From Propionibacteriales bacterium (lineage in GTDB: Bacteria; Actinomycetota; Actinomycetes; Propionibacteriales; Nocardioidaceae), in the NCBI GenBank assembly GCA_038254525.1, contig JBBSGC010000001.1, positions 1 through 61,946 of the forward strand: 61,946 bases of DNA. Reading direction: 5' to 3'. Positions 45,055-53,614 of the stretch are shown here, piece by piece. The notes beneath the pieces are model-generated. The model made no database searches, was not told the DNA's origin, and worked only from the letters and a program-made list of their open reading frames with translations. The position numbers and the translations under genes were made by a program. Each line of letters starts with the position of its first letter. Position 1 is the first letter of the stretch.

Positions 45055-46076
45055 CCGCCGCCGGGTGGGCCCCGCGTCGGCGCGTCGCCTTGCCGGGCCT
45101 GGCGCCCAGCCCCCATGGTGCGCAGGTGAGCCGTTCAGCGTCCGCCGGCCGGGTGTCGGACCTCTCGCCGGCCTGGGCCGCGGCGTTGGGTGACTACGAA
45201 CGGCACCTGCGGCACGAACGCAACCTGGCCGCACACACCGTGCGCGCGTACCTGGCCGACCTCGCTGCACTCGCCGACCACGCGGGGCGCCTGGGCGTCG
45301 AGGACCCGGCCGACCTGGAGCTGCGGGTGCTGCGCAGCTGGTTGGCCAACCAGCAGACCCGCGGCCGGGCTCGCACGACGCTGGCTCGCCGGGCGACCTC
45401 GGCGCGGGTCTTCACCCGGTGGGTGGCCCGCAGTGGCCGGTCCGGCGGCCTGGACGCCGGCGCCATGCTGGTCTCCCCGAAACAGCACCGGGTGCTGCCC
45501 CCGACGTTGCGCCAGGACGAGATGCGCACCCTGCTCGACGCCGTCGCCGCGGAGTCGGCGGGTGGAGAGCCGCGGGGCCTTCGTGACCTCGCCGTGCTCG
45601 AGCTGCTGTATGCCAGTGGCATCCGCGTGGGGGAGCTCGTGGGCCTCGACGTCGACGACGTGGACCGCGAACGCAACGTGGTCCGGGTGCTCGGCAAGGG
45701 GCGCAAGGAACGCATGGTGCCGTTCGGGGGACCCGCGGCCAGAGCCTTGGACCGTTGGGTGCGTTCAGGCCGTCCGCTGCTGGCCCACTCCGCCAGCGGA
45801 CCGGCCCTGTTCCTCGGAATGCGTGGGGGCCGGCTCGACCAGCGCGCGGTGCGGGCGATGGTCCACCGTTGCCTCGGCTGGGTCCAGGGCGCGCCGGACC
45901 TCGGGCCGCACGGCCTGCGGCACACCGCCGCGACCCACCTGCTGGAGGGAGGAGCCGACCTGCGCAGCGTCCAGGAGCTGTTGGGCCATTCCTCCCTCGC
46001 CACCACGCAGCTCTACACGCATGTGAGCAGCGACCGGCTGCGCTCGGCATACCGGCTGGCTCACCCGCGCGCCTGA
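45051..46076 (+). CDS. xerC: Tyrosine recombinase XerC
   Basis: Catalytic R...HxxR...Y residues (LRHTAATHLL, LGHSSLATTQLYTHV). The start is placed at GTG 45051 (GTGA overlap with dprA); alternative GTG 45126. Confidence 0.9.
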   Translation: MTAAGWAPRRRVALPGLAPSPHGAQVSRSASAGRVSDLSPAWAAALGDYERHLRHERNLAAHTVRAYLADLAALADHAGRLGVEDPADLELRVLRSWLANQQTRGRARTTLARRATSARVFTRWVARSGRSGGLDAGAMLVSPKQHRVLPPTLRQDEMRTLLDAVAAESAGGEPRGLRDLAVLELLYASGIRVGELVGLDVDDVDRERNVVRVLGKGRKERMVPFGGPAARALDRWVRSGRPLLAHSASGPALFLGMRGGRLDQRAVRAMVHRCLGWVQGAPDLGPHGLRHTAATHLLEGGADLRSVQELLGHSSLATTQLYTHVSSDRLRSAYRLAHPRA

Positions 46077-46149
46077 GGCAGCACGGGCAGTTGCCGGCTC
46101 GTCATCGCTGCCCGTTGAGCCCGTTGAGCGGTTGTGCCTGCCACCGCCC

Positions 46150-46779
46150 TCAACGTCCCGCCATGCCGAGCGCCGCAGCGCGCCGCAGCGCCTGCGGAAG
46201 GCCGGTGCCGGTGCTGGTGCGAGTGCCGGTGCCAGTGGCAGCGACGCCGGCTTGGCGAGGCAACGGCGGTGTCATCGGCAGCAGCCGCACCGGGTTTCCG
46301 CCGAGCAGCTCCAATGGGTCGAGGTAGACATCACCCGCGATCCGGCCCAGATGGAGACAGGCGCTCGGCAGGCAATGGCTCCCGGCGAGCTCCAGCGTTC
46401 CGATGACCTCACCGGCGCTGACCTCGTGGCTGCGCCGGACCAATGGTGCCAGCGGCAGGTAGGTCGAGCGCTCGTTCCCATGGTCGACCACGACGACGCC
46501 GCGCCCGGCGACACTGCCGCTGAACGTCACGGTGCCGTCGGCGACGGCGAGCACGGGTTCACCGGGAGCCCCCAGCAGGTCGACTCCTCGATGACCCGCG
46601 CCGTAGGGGCCTGCCGTCGGTTCGAAGCGCCGCACGATCGGTGGAGCCGGCTGCAACGGCCACCGCCAGGCGCCGACTTCGAGGGTGGGGACCGGCGCAG
46701 CGGCGGCCGCCGACGGCACGACCAGGAGCAGAAGGAGCACGGGCAGCAGCAGGGCAGACCGCGGCAACGAGAGGTTCAT
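46150..46779 (-). CDS. M23 family metallopeptidase, secreted, 209 aa
   Basis: HRGVDL and HLH-like zinc ligands, plus a signal peptide (MNLSLPRSALLLPVLLLLLVVPSAAAA). Confidence 0.8.
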   Translation of the reverse strand: MNLSLPRSALLLPVLLLLLVVPSAAAAAPVPTLEVGAWRWPLQPAPPIVRRFEPTAGPYGAGHRGVDLLGAPGEPVLAVADGTVTFSGSVAGRGVVVVDHGNERSTYLPLAPLVRRSHEVSAGEVIGTLELAGSHCLPSACLHLGRIAGDVYLDPLELLGGNPVRLLPMTPPLPRQAGVAATGTGTRTSTGTGLPQALRRAAALGMAGR

Positions 46780-47084
46780 GCCTTCAGCGTGCTGTCGCAC
46801 CGTAGGTCCTGGGGGCGCTGGTTCACCGGCTGTGGACGCCCACCAGTCGCGCGGCTTCGCGGTCAGGCGCCCACTGTGCCTGGCGTACACTCATCGGCAG
46901 CGACTCCCGAGGGAGTCGACTTCGCACGCCCGGTCCCCACATCCCTTGTGGGCATCGACCCGTGGTCTCCGCAGACATTGTGCGGGGTGGGCCGCTGTCG
47001 GGCGTCAGGGCGCCGGCACCCGCCGGTGCAGCCAACCACGACGACGCCGTGCCCGCTGCGGCGTCGCAGAACAGGAGTACGGCC

Positions 47085-48107
47085 ATGGCCGTCGTCACCA
47101 TGCGGCAGCTGCTCGAGAGCGGCGTGCACTTCGGGCACCAGACCCGGCGGTGGAACCCGAAGATGAAGCGCTTCATCTTCACCGAGCGCAACGGCATCTA
47201 CATCATCGACCTCCAGCAGTCGCTGGCCTACATCGATCGCGCCTTCGAGTTCGTCAAGGACACCGTCGCTCGCGGAGGTGCGGTGATGTTCGTCGGCACC
47301 AAGAAGCAGGCGCAGGAGCCGATCTCGGAGCAGGCCACCCGGGTCGGGCAGCCCTACGTCAACCAGCGCTGGCTCGGCGGGATGCTGACCAACTTCCAGA
47401 CCGTGCACGAGCGGCTCAAGCGGCTCAAGGAGCTCGACGAGCTCGACTTCGACGACGTGGCCGGCTCCGGCAAGACCAAGAAGGAGCTGCTGCAGCTCAA
47501 GCGAGAGCGCGACAAGCTCGACAAGAGCCTGGGCGGCATCCGCGAGATGGGTCGCACGCCGGCCGCGGTGTGGATCGTGGACACCAACAAGGAGCACCTG
47601 GCCGTCCAGGAGGCCAAGAAGCTCCACATCCCGATCATCGCCATCCTCGACAGCAACTGTGATCCCGACGACGTCGACTTTCCGATTCCGGGCAACGACG
47701 ACGCGATCCGCTCGGTGACCCTGCTGACCCGCGTCGTTGCCGATGCGGTCGCAGAGGGCCTCAAGGCCCGTTCGGGCGCCCGTACCGGTGACGAACCGGT
47801 CGGCGCCGAGCTGGGCTCGGAGGAGCCGCTGGCCGAGTGGGAACGCGAGCTCTACAGCGGCACCGCCGAGCAGGTCGCCACCGACGCCACCGCCGGCGAC
47901 GCCGCCACCCCTGCACCGGCCGCCGAGGCCACCGGAGCATCGAGCGAGAGCGTCGACACCCCGGCTCCAGCCGAGCCCCCCGCCGAGGCGCCCGCCGACA
48001 CCACAGCCGACCCCGCAGCCGACCCCGCAGCCGACACCGCGCCCGAGGTCCCTGATGCCGCGGCTGAGCCCACTGCGGCCGGCGGTCCCATCACAAGAGA
48101 GACGTGA
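47085..48107 (+). CDS. rpsB: 30S ribosomal protein S2 with an acidic Ala/Pro-rich C-terminal extension, 340 aa
   Basis: [22 protein letters not shown] core. ATG preceded by ACAGGAG. Confidence 0.95.
   Translation: MAVVTMRQLLESGVHFGHQTRRWNPKMKRFIFTERNGIYIIDLQQSLAYIDRAFEFVKDTVARGGAVMFVGTKKQAQEPISEQATRVGQPYVNQRWLGGMLTNFQTVHERLKRLKELDELDFDDVAGSGKTKKELLQLKRERDKLDKSLGGIREMGRTPAAVWIVDTNKEHLAVQEAKKLHIPIIAILDSNCDPDDVDFPIPGNDDAIRSVTLLTRVVADAVAEGLKARSGARTGDEPVGAELGSEEPLAEWERELYSGTAEQVATDATAGDAATPAPAAEATGASSESVDTPAPAEPPAEAPADTTADPAADPAADTAPEVPDAAAEPTAAGGPITRET
47994..48041. repeat. 12-bp tandem repeat x4 (GCCGACCCCGCA) in the rpsB tail (ADPA/ADTx)
   Basis: Units at 47994, 48006, 48018 and 48030. Confidence 0.85.
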
Positions 48108-48112
48108 CTCCA

Positions 48113-48937
48113 ATGGCGCAGATCACTGCTGCAGACGTCAAGAAGCTTCGCGACCTCACCGGAGCCGGGATGATGGACGCCAAGAAGGCGCTCACCGAGG
48201 CCGGCGGCGACAACGACAAGGCCATCGAGATCTTGCGGGTCAAGGGCGCCGCAAAGGCGCAGCAGCGTGGCGCCGAGCGCAAAGCCAGCGCAGGTCTGAT
48301 CGCCGCCAGCGGGCCGGCGCTCGTCGAGCTCAACTCCGAGACCGACTTCGTCGCCAAGAACGAGCAGTTCCAGCGGGTCGCCCAGGCGCTGGTCCAGCGG
48401 GCCGCAGAGACCAAGCCGGCCGACCGAAAGGCATTTCTGTCGGTCGAGATGTCCGACGGGAAGACCGTCGAGCAGACCGTCGCCGACCTCGCGGTCGTGA
48501 TCGGCGAGAAGATCGAGCTGGGCCGGGTCGCCGTCCTGGACCGGGGCCGGGTCGCGACCTACCTGCACCGCCGGGCCAGCGACCTGCCACCGGCCGTCGG
48601 CGTGCTCGTCGAGTACGCGGGTGACGACGAGCAAGCCGCGCGGGGGGCAGCCATGCAGATCGCCGCCATGCGTCCGCAGTACGTGGACCGTGCCGAGGTG
48701 CCTGCGGAAGTCCTGGCCAAGGAGCGGGAGATCGCCGAGGCGAGAGCGCGCGAGGAGGGCAAACCGGAGCAGGCGCTGCCGCGGATCGTCGAGGGCCGGG
48801 TCAACGGCTTCCTCAAAGAGCTCGTGCTGCTCGAGCAGCCCTCGGTGCAGGACAGCAAGAAGCAGGTCAAGGCCGTCCTCGACGACGCCGGTGTCCGGGT
48901 CACCCGCTTCGCCCGCTTCGAGGTCGGCGCACGCTGA
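48113..48937 (+). CDS. tsf: Elongation factor Ts
   Basis: [30 protein letters not shown]-like N-terminus. Confidence 0.95.
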   Translation: MAQITAADVKKLRDLTGAGMMDAKKALTEAGGDNDKAIEILRVKGAAKAQQRGAERKASAGLIAASGPALVELNSETDFVAKNEQFQRVAQALVQRAAETKPADRKAFLSVEMSDGKTVEQTVADLAVVIGEKIELGRVAVLDRGRVATYLHRRASDLPPAVGVLVEYAGDDEQAARGAAMQIAAMRPQYVDRAEVPAEVLAKEREIAEARAREEGKPEQALPRIVEGRVNGFLKELVLLEQPSVQDSKKQVKAVLDDAGVRVTRFARFEVGAR

Positions 48938-48997
48938 GGCAGACTGCCACCCATCAGTGACGCTGCCCGGTACGGGTGCGGCGAGGAGGCCACAGAC

Positions 48998-49723
48998 GTG
49001 AGCACGACGCCCAAGGCGTACAACCGGGTGCTGCTCAAGCTCTCCGGTGCGGTGTTCGGCGGCGGCAAGCTCGGCGTCGACCCCGTCGTGGTGGCCTCCA
49101 TCGCCCGGCAGATCGCAGACGTCGTCAACAGCGGCGTGCAGCTGGCCGTGGTGGTCGGCGGCGGCAACTACTTCCGCGGCGCCGAGCTGTCCTCCGGCGG
49201 CATGGAGCGCGACCGGGCTGACTACATGGCCATGCTCGGCACGGTGATGAACTGCCTTGCTCTGCAGGACTTCTGCGAGAAGCGCGGCGTGCCCACCAGG
49301 GTGCAGACCGCCATCTCGATGGGCCAGGTGGCCGAGCCCTACATCCCTCGCCGCGCGGAGCGCCACCTGGAGAAGGGGCGCGTCGTCATCTTCGGCGCGG
49401 GCGTCGGCATGCCCTACTTCTCGACCGACACAGCCGCTGCCCAACGGGCCCTGGAGATCGGCTGCGAGATCATCCTGATGGCCAAGAGCGGGGTCGACGG
49501 CGTCTACGACGCCGACCCGCAGCTCGATCCGACGGCTCGCAAGTTCGATGTCATCGACTTCGACGAGGTGCTGGGTCGTGGGCTGCGGGTCGCTGACGCC
49601 ACGGCGTTCAGCCTCTGCCGCGACAACAGGTTGCCGATCCGCGTCTTCAACCTCATGCAGGAGGGCAACATCGCCCGCGCGGTCCGGGGTGAGAAGATCG
49701 GCACGCTCGTGCACCCTGGCTGA
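48998..49723 (+). CDS. pyrH: UMP kinase
   Basis: [12 protein letters not shown] and [10 protein letters not shown] motifs. GTG preceded by GAGGAGG. Confidence 0.95.
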   Translation: MSTTPKAYNRVLLKLSGAVFGGGKLGVDPVVVASIARQIADVVNSGVQLAVVVGGGNYFRGAELSSGGMERDRADYMAMLGTVMNCLALQDFCEKRGVPTRVQTAISMGQVAEPYIPRRAERHLEKGRVVIFGAGVGMPYFSTDTAAAQRALEIGCEIILMAKSGVDGVYDADPQLDPTARKFDVIDFDEVLGRGLRVADATAFSLCRDNRLPIRVFNLMQEGNIARAVRGEKIGTLVHPG

Positions 49724-49759
49724 GCACCGCACCACGAAGCGACCGGGAGGCAGGACGCC

Positions 49760-50317
49760 GTGATCGACCAGACCCTGCGTGAGGCCGACGCGAAGATGGA
49801 CAAGGCCGTGGACTTCGCGAAGGAGGAGTTCGGAGCGATCCGTACCGGCCGCGCCCACCCGGCGATGTTCGCGAAGATCACCGCGGACTACTACGGCAGT
49901 CCGACGCCGCTCCAGCAGCTGGCGTCCTTCCAGGTGCCCGAGGCCCGAGTCGTCGTCATCTCGCCGTACGACAAGAGCTCGATGGCGGGCATCGAGAAGG
50001 CCATCCGCGACTCCGACCTGGGCGTCAACCCGAGCAACGACGGCCACCTGATCCGGGTGGTGCTCCCGGAGCTGACCGAGCAGCGGCGCAAGGAGTACAT
50101 CAAGCTGGCGCGGTCCAAGGCCGAGGAGGGTCGAGTCACCGTACGCAACGTCCGGCGAACCGCCAAGCAGGCCCTCGACAAGCTGGAGAAGGACGGTGAG
50201 GTCGGCAAGGACGACGTCACCGGGGCCGAGAAGCGACTCGACGCGATGACCAAGAAGCACGTCGGCGCGATCGACGGGCTGCTCGAGCACAAGGAGTCCG
50301 AGCTGCTCGAGGTCTGA
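49760..50317 (+). CDS. frr: Ribosome recycling factor
   Basis: MDKAVDFAKEEFGAIRTGRAHPAMF pattern; 185 aa. Confidence 0.95.
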   Translation: MIDQTLREADAKMDKAVDFAKEEFGAIRTGRAHPAMFAKITADYYGSPTPLQQLASFQVPEARVVVISPYDKSSMAGIEKAIRDSDLGVNPSNDGHLIRVVLPELTEQRRKEYIKLARSKAEEGRVTVRNVRRTAKQALDKLEKDGEVGKDDVTGAEKRLDAMTKKHVGAIDGLLEHKESELLEV

Positions 50318-50344
50318 CGACGACCCGCTCCGCTCGAACACCCC

Positions 50345-51193
50345 ATGTCTGCCTCCAGTCCGGCACCCTCCGGGGCGACCACGAGTCACGCCGGCCGCAA
50401 CCTACCGGCGGCGATCGGCGTCGGGCTCGCGTTGGCGGCGGTGGTCGTCGCGTCGCTGTTCATCGTCAAGGAGGTCTTCGTCGGCGTCGTGCTGCTGGCC
50501 GCGCTGACCGGGATCGGCGAGCTGGCGACGGCCCTGCGTGACGCGGGCGTGCATGTTCCTGTGGTGCCGGTCGCGGTCGGTGCCGTGGTCATGCTGGTCG
50601 GCGCATTCGTCAGTGGCACGCCGGTGCTGACGGCGGCACTGGCCCTCACGTTCGTCGCGGTCACCGTGTGGCGCCTGGCGACTGGCAGTGACGGCTTCGT
50701 TCGCGACGCGACGGCCGGCGTCTTCGTCACCTGCTATGTCGGCCTGCTCGGCAGCTTCATCCTGCTGCTGCTCGCCGAGGGCGACGGTGCCTGGCGCGTG
50801 GCCACCTTGGTGCTGGTCACTGCCGCGTCCGACACCGGTGGTTACGCTGCGGGTGCCCGCCTGGGCAAGCACCCCATGGCGCGGGCGATCAGCCCCCAGA
50901 AGACGTGGGAGGGCTTCGTCGGTTCCGTGCTTGCGTGCATGGTCGTCGGCTGGCTCACCGTCGCCTACGCCCTGCACGGGCCTCCGGCAGCGGGGCTGCT
51001 GCTCGGTGCGCTGGCCGCTGTGGCGGCGACCGTCGGCGACTTGGTGGAGTCGCTGGTCAAGCGCGACCTGGGGATCAAGGACATGGGCACGCTGCTGCCC
51101 GGCCACGGCGGCATGATGGACCGCATCGACTCGCTGCTGGTCGTTGCACCGGTGGCCTGGCTGGTGCTCACGCTGCTCGTCGACGTGGGATGA
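50345..51193 (+). CDS. cdsA: Phosphatidate cytidylyltransferase
   Basis: Polytopic membrane protein with KRDLGIKDMGTLLPGHGGMMDRIDS signature. Confidence 0.9.
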   Translation: MSASSPAPSGATTSHAGRNLPAAIGVGLALAAVVVASLFIVKEVFVGVVLLAALTGIGELATALRDAGVHVPVVPVAVGAVVMLVGAFVSGTPVLTAALALTFVAVTVWRLATGSDGFVRDATAGVFVTCYVGLLGSFILLLLAEGDGAWRVATLVLVTAASDTGGYAAGARLGKHPMARAISPQKTWEGFVGSVLACMVVGWLTVAYALHGPPAAGLLLGALAAVAATVGDLVESLVKRDLGIKDMGTLLPGHGGMMDRIDSLLVVAPVAWLVLTLLVDVG

Positions 51194-51795
51194 CCCGACT
51201 GACGCTGTTGCGTCACGGACGCCCGGAGGTGGACCCGCGAGCTCCCGCAGCCGGCTGGCGCTTGTCACCCGATGCCGTTCCGGATCTGAAGGCATTGCGG
51301 CGAAGCGGCGTGCTGCCCAGCGGGGCCGCCTGGTGGAGCTCACCGGAGCCCAAGGCGCGGGCGACCGCGTCGGCGCTCAGCGACTCGCCGGTGCGGCTCG
51401 TCGAGGACCTCCGTGAGCAGGAGCGACCGGCGGAGTGGTTCGACGACGCGTCGGAGTTCACCCGGCTCGTACGACTGTCAGTCATGGAGCCTGACGTAGC
51501 TGCCCGTCGGGGGTGGGAACCGGCTGGGCACACCCAGGCCAGGGTCGTTGCCGCGGTGCGCCGCGTCGTGGCGGAAGCGGCGGGAACGGAGCTGGTCCTG
51601 GTCGGCCACGGCACTGCGTGGACGTTGGCCGTAGCCGCTCTCACCGGCCAGCCTCCGGATCTCGCTGCGTGGCTGGGGATGGCCATGCCGGACCACTGCA
51701 CCATCGACATCGACACCGACACCGACCTCGACAGTGGGCAGGTGGTGTCCGGATGGGGCGCTTGGCGCGACCGGCTGCCCGGCGCCCGCGACTAG
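51190..51795 (+). CDS. Histidine phosphatase (phosphoglycerate mutase-like) family protein, 201 aa
   Basis: LLRHG catalytic motif at residues 6-10 and a distal LVGHG. ATGA overlap with the cdsA stop. Confidence 0.75.
   Translation: MTRLTLLRHGRPEVDPRAPAAGWRLSPDAVPDLKALRRSGVLPSGAAWWSSPEPKARATASALSDSPVRLVEDLREQERPAEWFDDASEFTRLVRLSVMEPDVAARRGWEPAGHTQARVVAAVRRVVAEAAGTELVLVGHGTAWTLAVAALTGQPPDLAAWLGMAMPDHCTIDIDTDTDLDSGQVVSGWGAWRDRLPGARD
51191..51216. repeat. Left copy of a 26-nt imperfect direct repeat (partner at 57545-57570)
   Basis: TGACCCGACTGACGCTGTTGCGTCAC versus TGACCCGACCAGCGCTGTCGCAGGAC: 19 of 26 identical, including 9-nt and 6-nt exact blocks. Both copies start on a TGA stop codon. Confidence 0.5.
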
Positions 51796-51805
51796 CCTGG
51801 CTGCC

Positions 51806-53614
51806 GTGCTTCAGCGACTGTATGCCCGACAGGAATGGCAGTTCTTCACCTCGCTGCCCCGAGCCGACCGAGCGCTGACGACCGCCTGGTGGACGGTGAT
51901 CGCCGCCCAGGCACTGCTGCCCGCCCTGTTCGCGATCACGATGGGTGCCCTGGTCGGTGCCATCTCGGCGGGCACCGGCTTGACGACGCCGCTGGTCTGG
52001 ATGGGTCTGGTGTTCGTGCTGCTCCAGGTGCTCAACCCCATGCAACAGGCGATCAGTGAGAACCTCGGGAGCCGGATGTCCGCTTGGCTCTACGACCGGA
52101 TGACTTCTGCGTGCGTGACACCGGCCGGGATCGGGCATCTCGAGGACCCGGAGCTCAGCAAGGACATGACGGTCGCCCGGGAGTTCGACAACGGCATCGC
52201 CGGGCCGCCGATGGAGATCAACCTCGCCTTCATCGCAAGCGGTCTGGTCGACATGGGCGCCGGGCTGGCCGCTGCCCTGGTGCTGTTCGGCTACACCTGG
52301 TGGGCGCCGCCGCTGCTGGCGGGTGCCTGGCTGGCCACCCACTGGCTGCTCCGGGAGAGCGCTGTGTGGCGCGACCGGAACACCGACGAGGTCCGTGAGG
52401 CGTCTCGGCATGCCGACTATGCGTACCGGCTGGCTGTCGACCCCCCGTCGGCCAAGGAGCTGCGGCTGTTCGGCCTGGCCGACTGGACGGTCGACAGGTT
52501 CATCCGACGTCGTCGGCAGCTGTTCGAGCTGCAGCAGCGCGCCACGCGGTTGCGCGAGAAGTCGGTGGTGTGGTGCGTGCTGCTGGTGACCGTGGCCAAC
52601 GTCGGAGTGTTCTGGTCGCTGGCGTCCGGAGCTACCGACGGCCAGCTCTCACTCGACCGGGTGATCGTCTTCGCCCAGGTCGCGGTGGGGACCAGCAGGA
52701 TCGCCTTCGGCGGTCTCAACTGGGCGCTCGACGGCGCGGCGGCACCGGTGGCGGCGGTGCTGCGGCTGGAGCCTGTCACGACCCGAGTGGGCGCGCTCAG
52801 CGCGGCGGCGAACCCGGTCTCCTCGACGGGCCTGCCGGCTCGCGAGATCGTCTTCCGTGGTGTGAGCTTCGCCTACCCGCAGGGCGGCCGCACGATCGTC
52901 TCCGGGCTCGACCTGACGATTCCGGCCGGCTCGTCGCTGGCCATCGTCGGTCAGAACGGCGCCGGCAAGACCACGTTGGCGAAGCTGCTCTGCCGGCTCT
53001 ACGACCCGACCGCGGGCTCGATCGAGGTCGACGGCGTGGATCTGCGCAGCCTGGACGTCGGTGAGTGGCGGTCCCGAGTGACGGCGGTGTTCCAGGACTT
53101 CGTCCGCTTCGAGCTGTCGCTGCGCGACAACGTCGCACCCGACGGCGCTAGCGACGACGATGTCCAGGCCGCGCTAGCCGCCGCGGGCGCCGAGGGCCTC
53201 GCCGACCTCGACACACCGTTGGCGAAGGGCTACGACCGGGGCATCGACCTCTCGGGCGGGCAGTGGCAGCGGATCGCGCTGGCGCGTGCTCTTTGTGCCG
53301 TACGCGGGGGCGCCGGGCTGGTGCTGCTCGACGAGCCGACTGCACAGCTGGACGTACGCGGCGAGGCGGCGATCTTCCAGCGCGTACTGGCTGCGACCGG
53401 GCAGGCCACCACGATCTTGATCTCGCACCGCTTCTCCACGGTGCGGCGCGCGGACCGGATCTGTGTCATCGAGCACGGCCGGGTGGTCGAGCTCGGCACT
53501 CACGACGAGCTGATGAGCGCACGTGGCCGCTACCGCACCATGTTCGACCTGCAGGCTCAGCGGTTCGCCGCCGCGGAGGATGAGGAGGGGGTGGCCTATG
53601 ACGTCCTCGGCTGA
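51806..53614 (+). CDS. ABC exporter half-transporter (TMD-NBD fusion), 602 aa
   Basis: Six-helix N-terminal region, Walker A GQNGAGKTT, signature LSGGQWQR, Walker B LVLLDEPT, H-loop ISHRFSTV. Confidence 0.85.
   Translation: MLQRLYARQEWQFFTSLPRADRALTTAWWTVIAAQALLPALFAITMGALVGAISAGTGLTTPLVWMGLVFVLLQVLNPMQQAISENLGSRMSAWLYDRMTSACVTPAGIGHLEDPELSKDMTVAREFDNGIAGPPMEINLAFIASGLVDMGAGLAAALVLFGYTWWAPPLLAGAWLATHWLLRESAVWRDRNTDEVREASRHADYAYRLAVDPPSAKELRLFGLADWTVDRFIRRRRQLFELQQRATRLREKSVVWCVLLVTVANVGVFWSLASGATDGQLSLDRVIVFAQVAVGTSRIAFGGLNWALDGAAAPVAAVLRLEPVTTRVGALSAAANPVSSTGLPAREIVFRGVSFAYPQGGRTIVSGLDLTIPAGSSLAIVGQNGAGKTTLAKLLCRLYDPTAGSIEVDGVDLRSLDVGEWRSRVTAVFQDFVRFELSLRDNVAPDGASDDDVQAALAAAGAEGLADLDTPLAKGYDRGIDLSGGQWQRIALARALCAVRGGAGLVLLDEPTAQLDVRGEAAIFQRVLAATGQATTILISHRFSTVRRADRICVIEHGRVVELGTHDELMSARGRYRTMFDLQAQRFAAAEDEEGVAYDVLG

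Noticed and set aside
46780-46960. Possible ydaO/c-di-AMP riboswitch in the leader of the M23 peptidase gene (minus strand)
   Set aside because: The context fits (a cell-wall hydrolase) and there are short partial matches (GGGGACC, GGTGAACC, CGACAGC). However, I could not reconstruct the P1/P2 helices or the conserved ACAGCUAACCUCGUAAGCG 3' block. Only a covariance-model search (Rfam RF00379) could settle it, so it is not reported as a feature.
47852-50389. 845-aa ORF on the minus strand spanning tsf, pyrH, frr and the start of cdsA
   Set aside because: It is antisense to four genes with unmistakable conserved products and crosses their intergenic spacers. Its translation is R/G/A/P/L-rich with no recognisable domain. 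Long stop-free antisense frames are expected at about 70% G+C.
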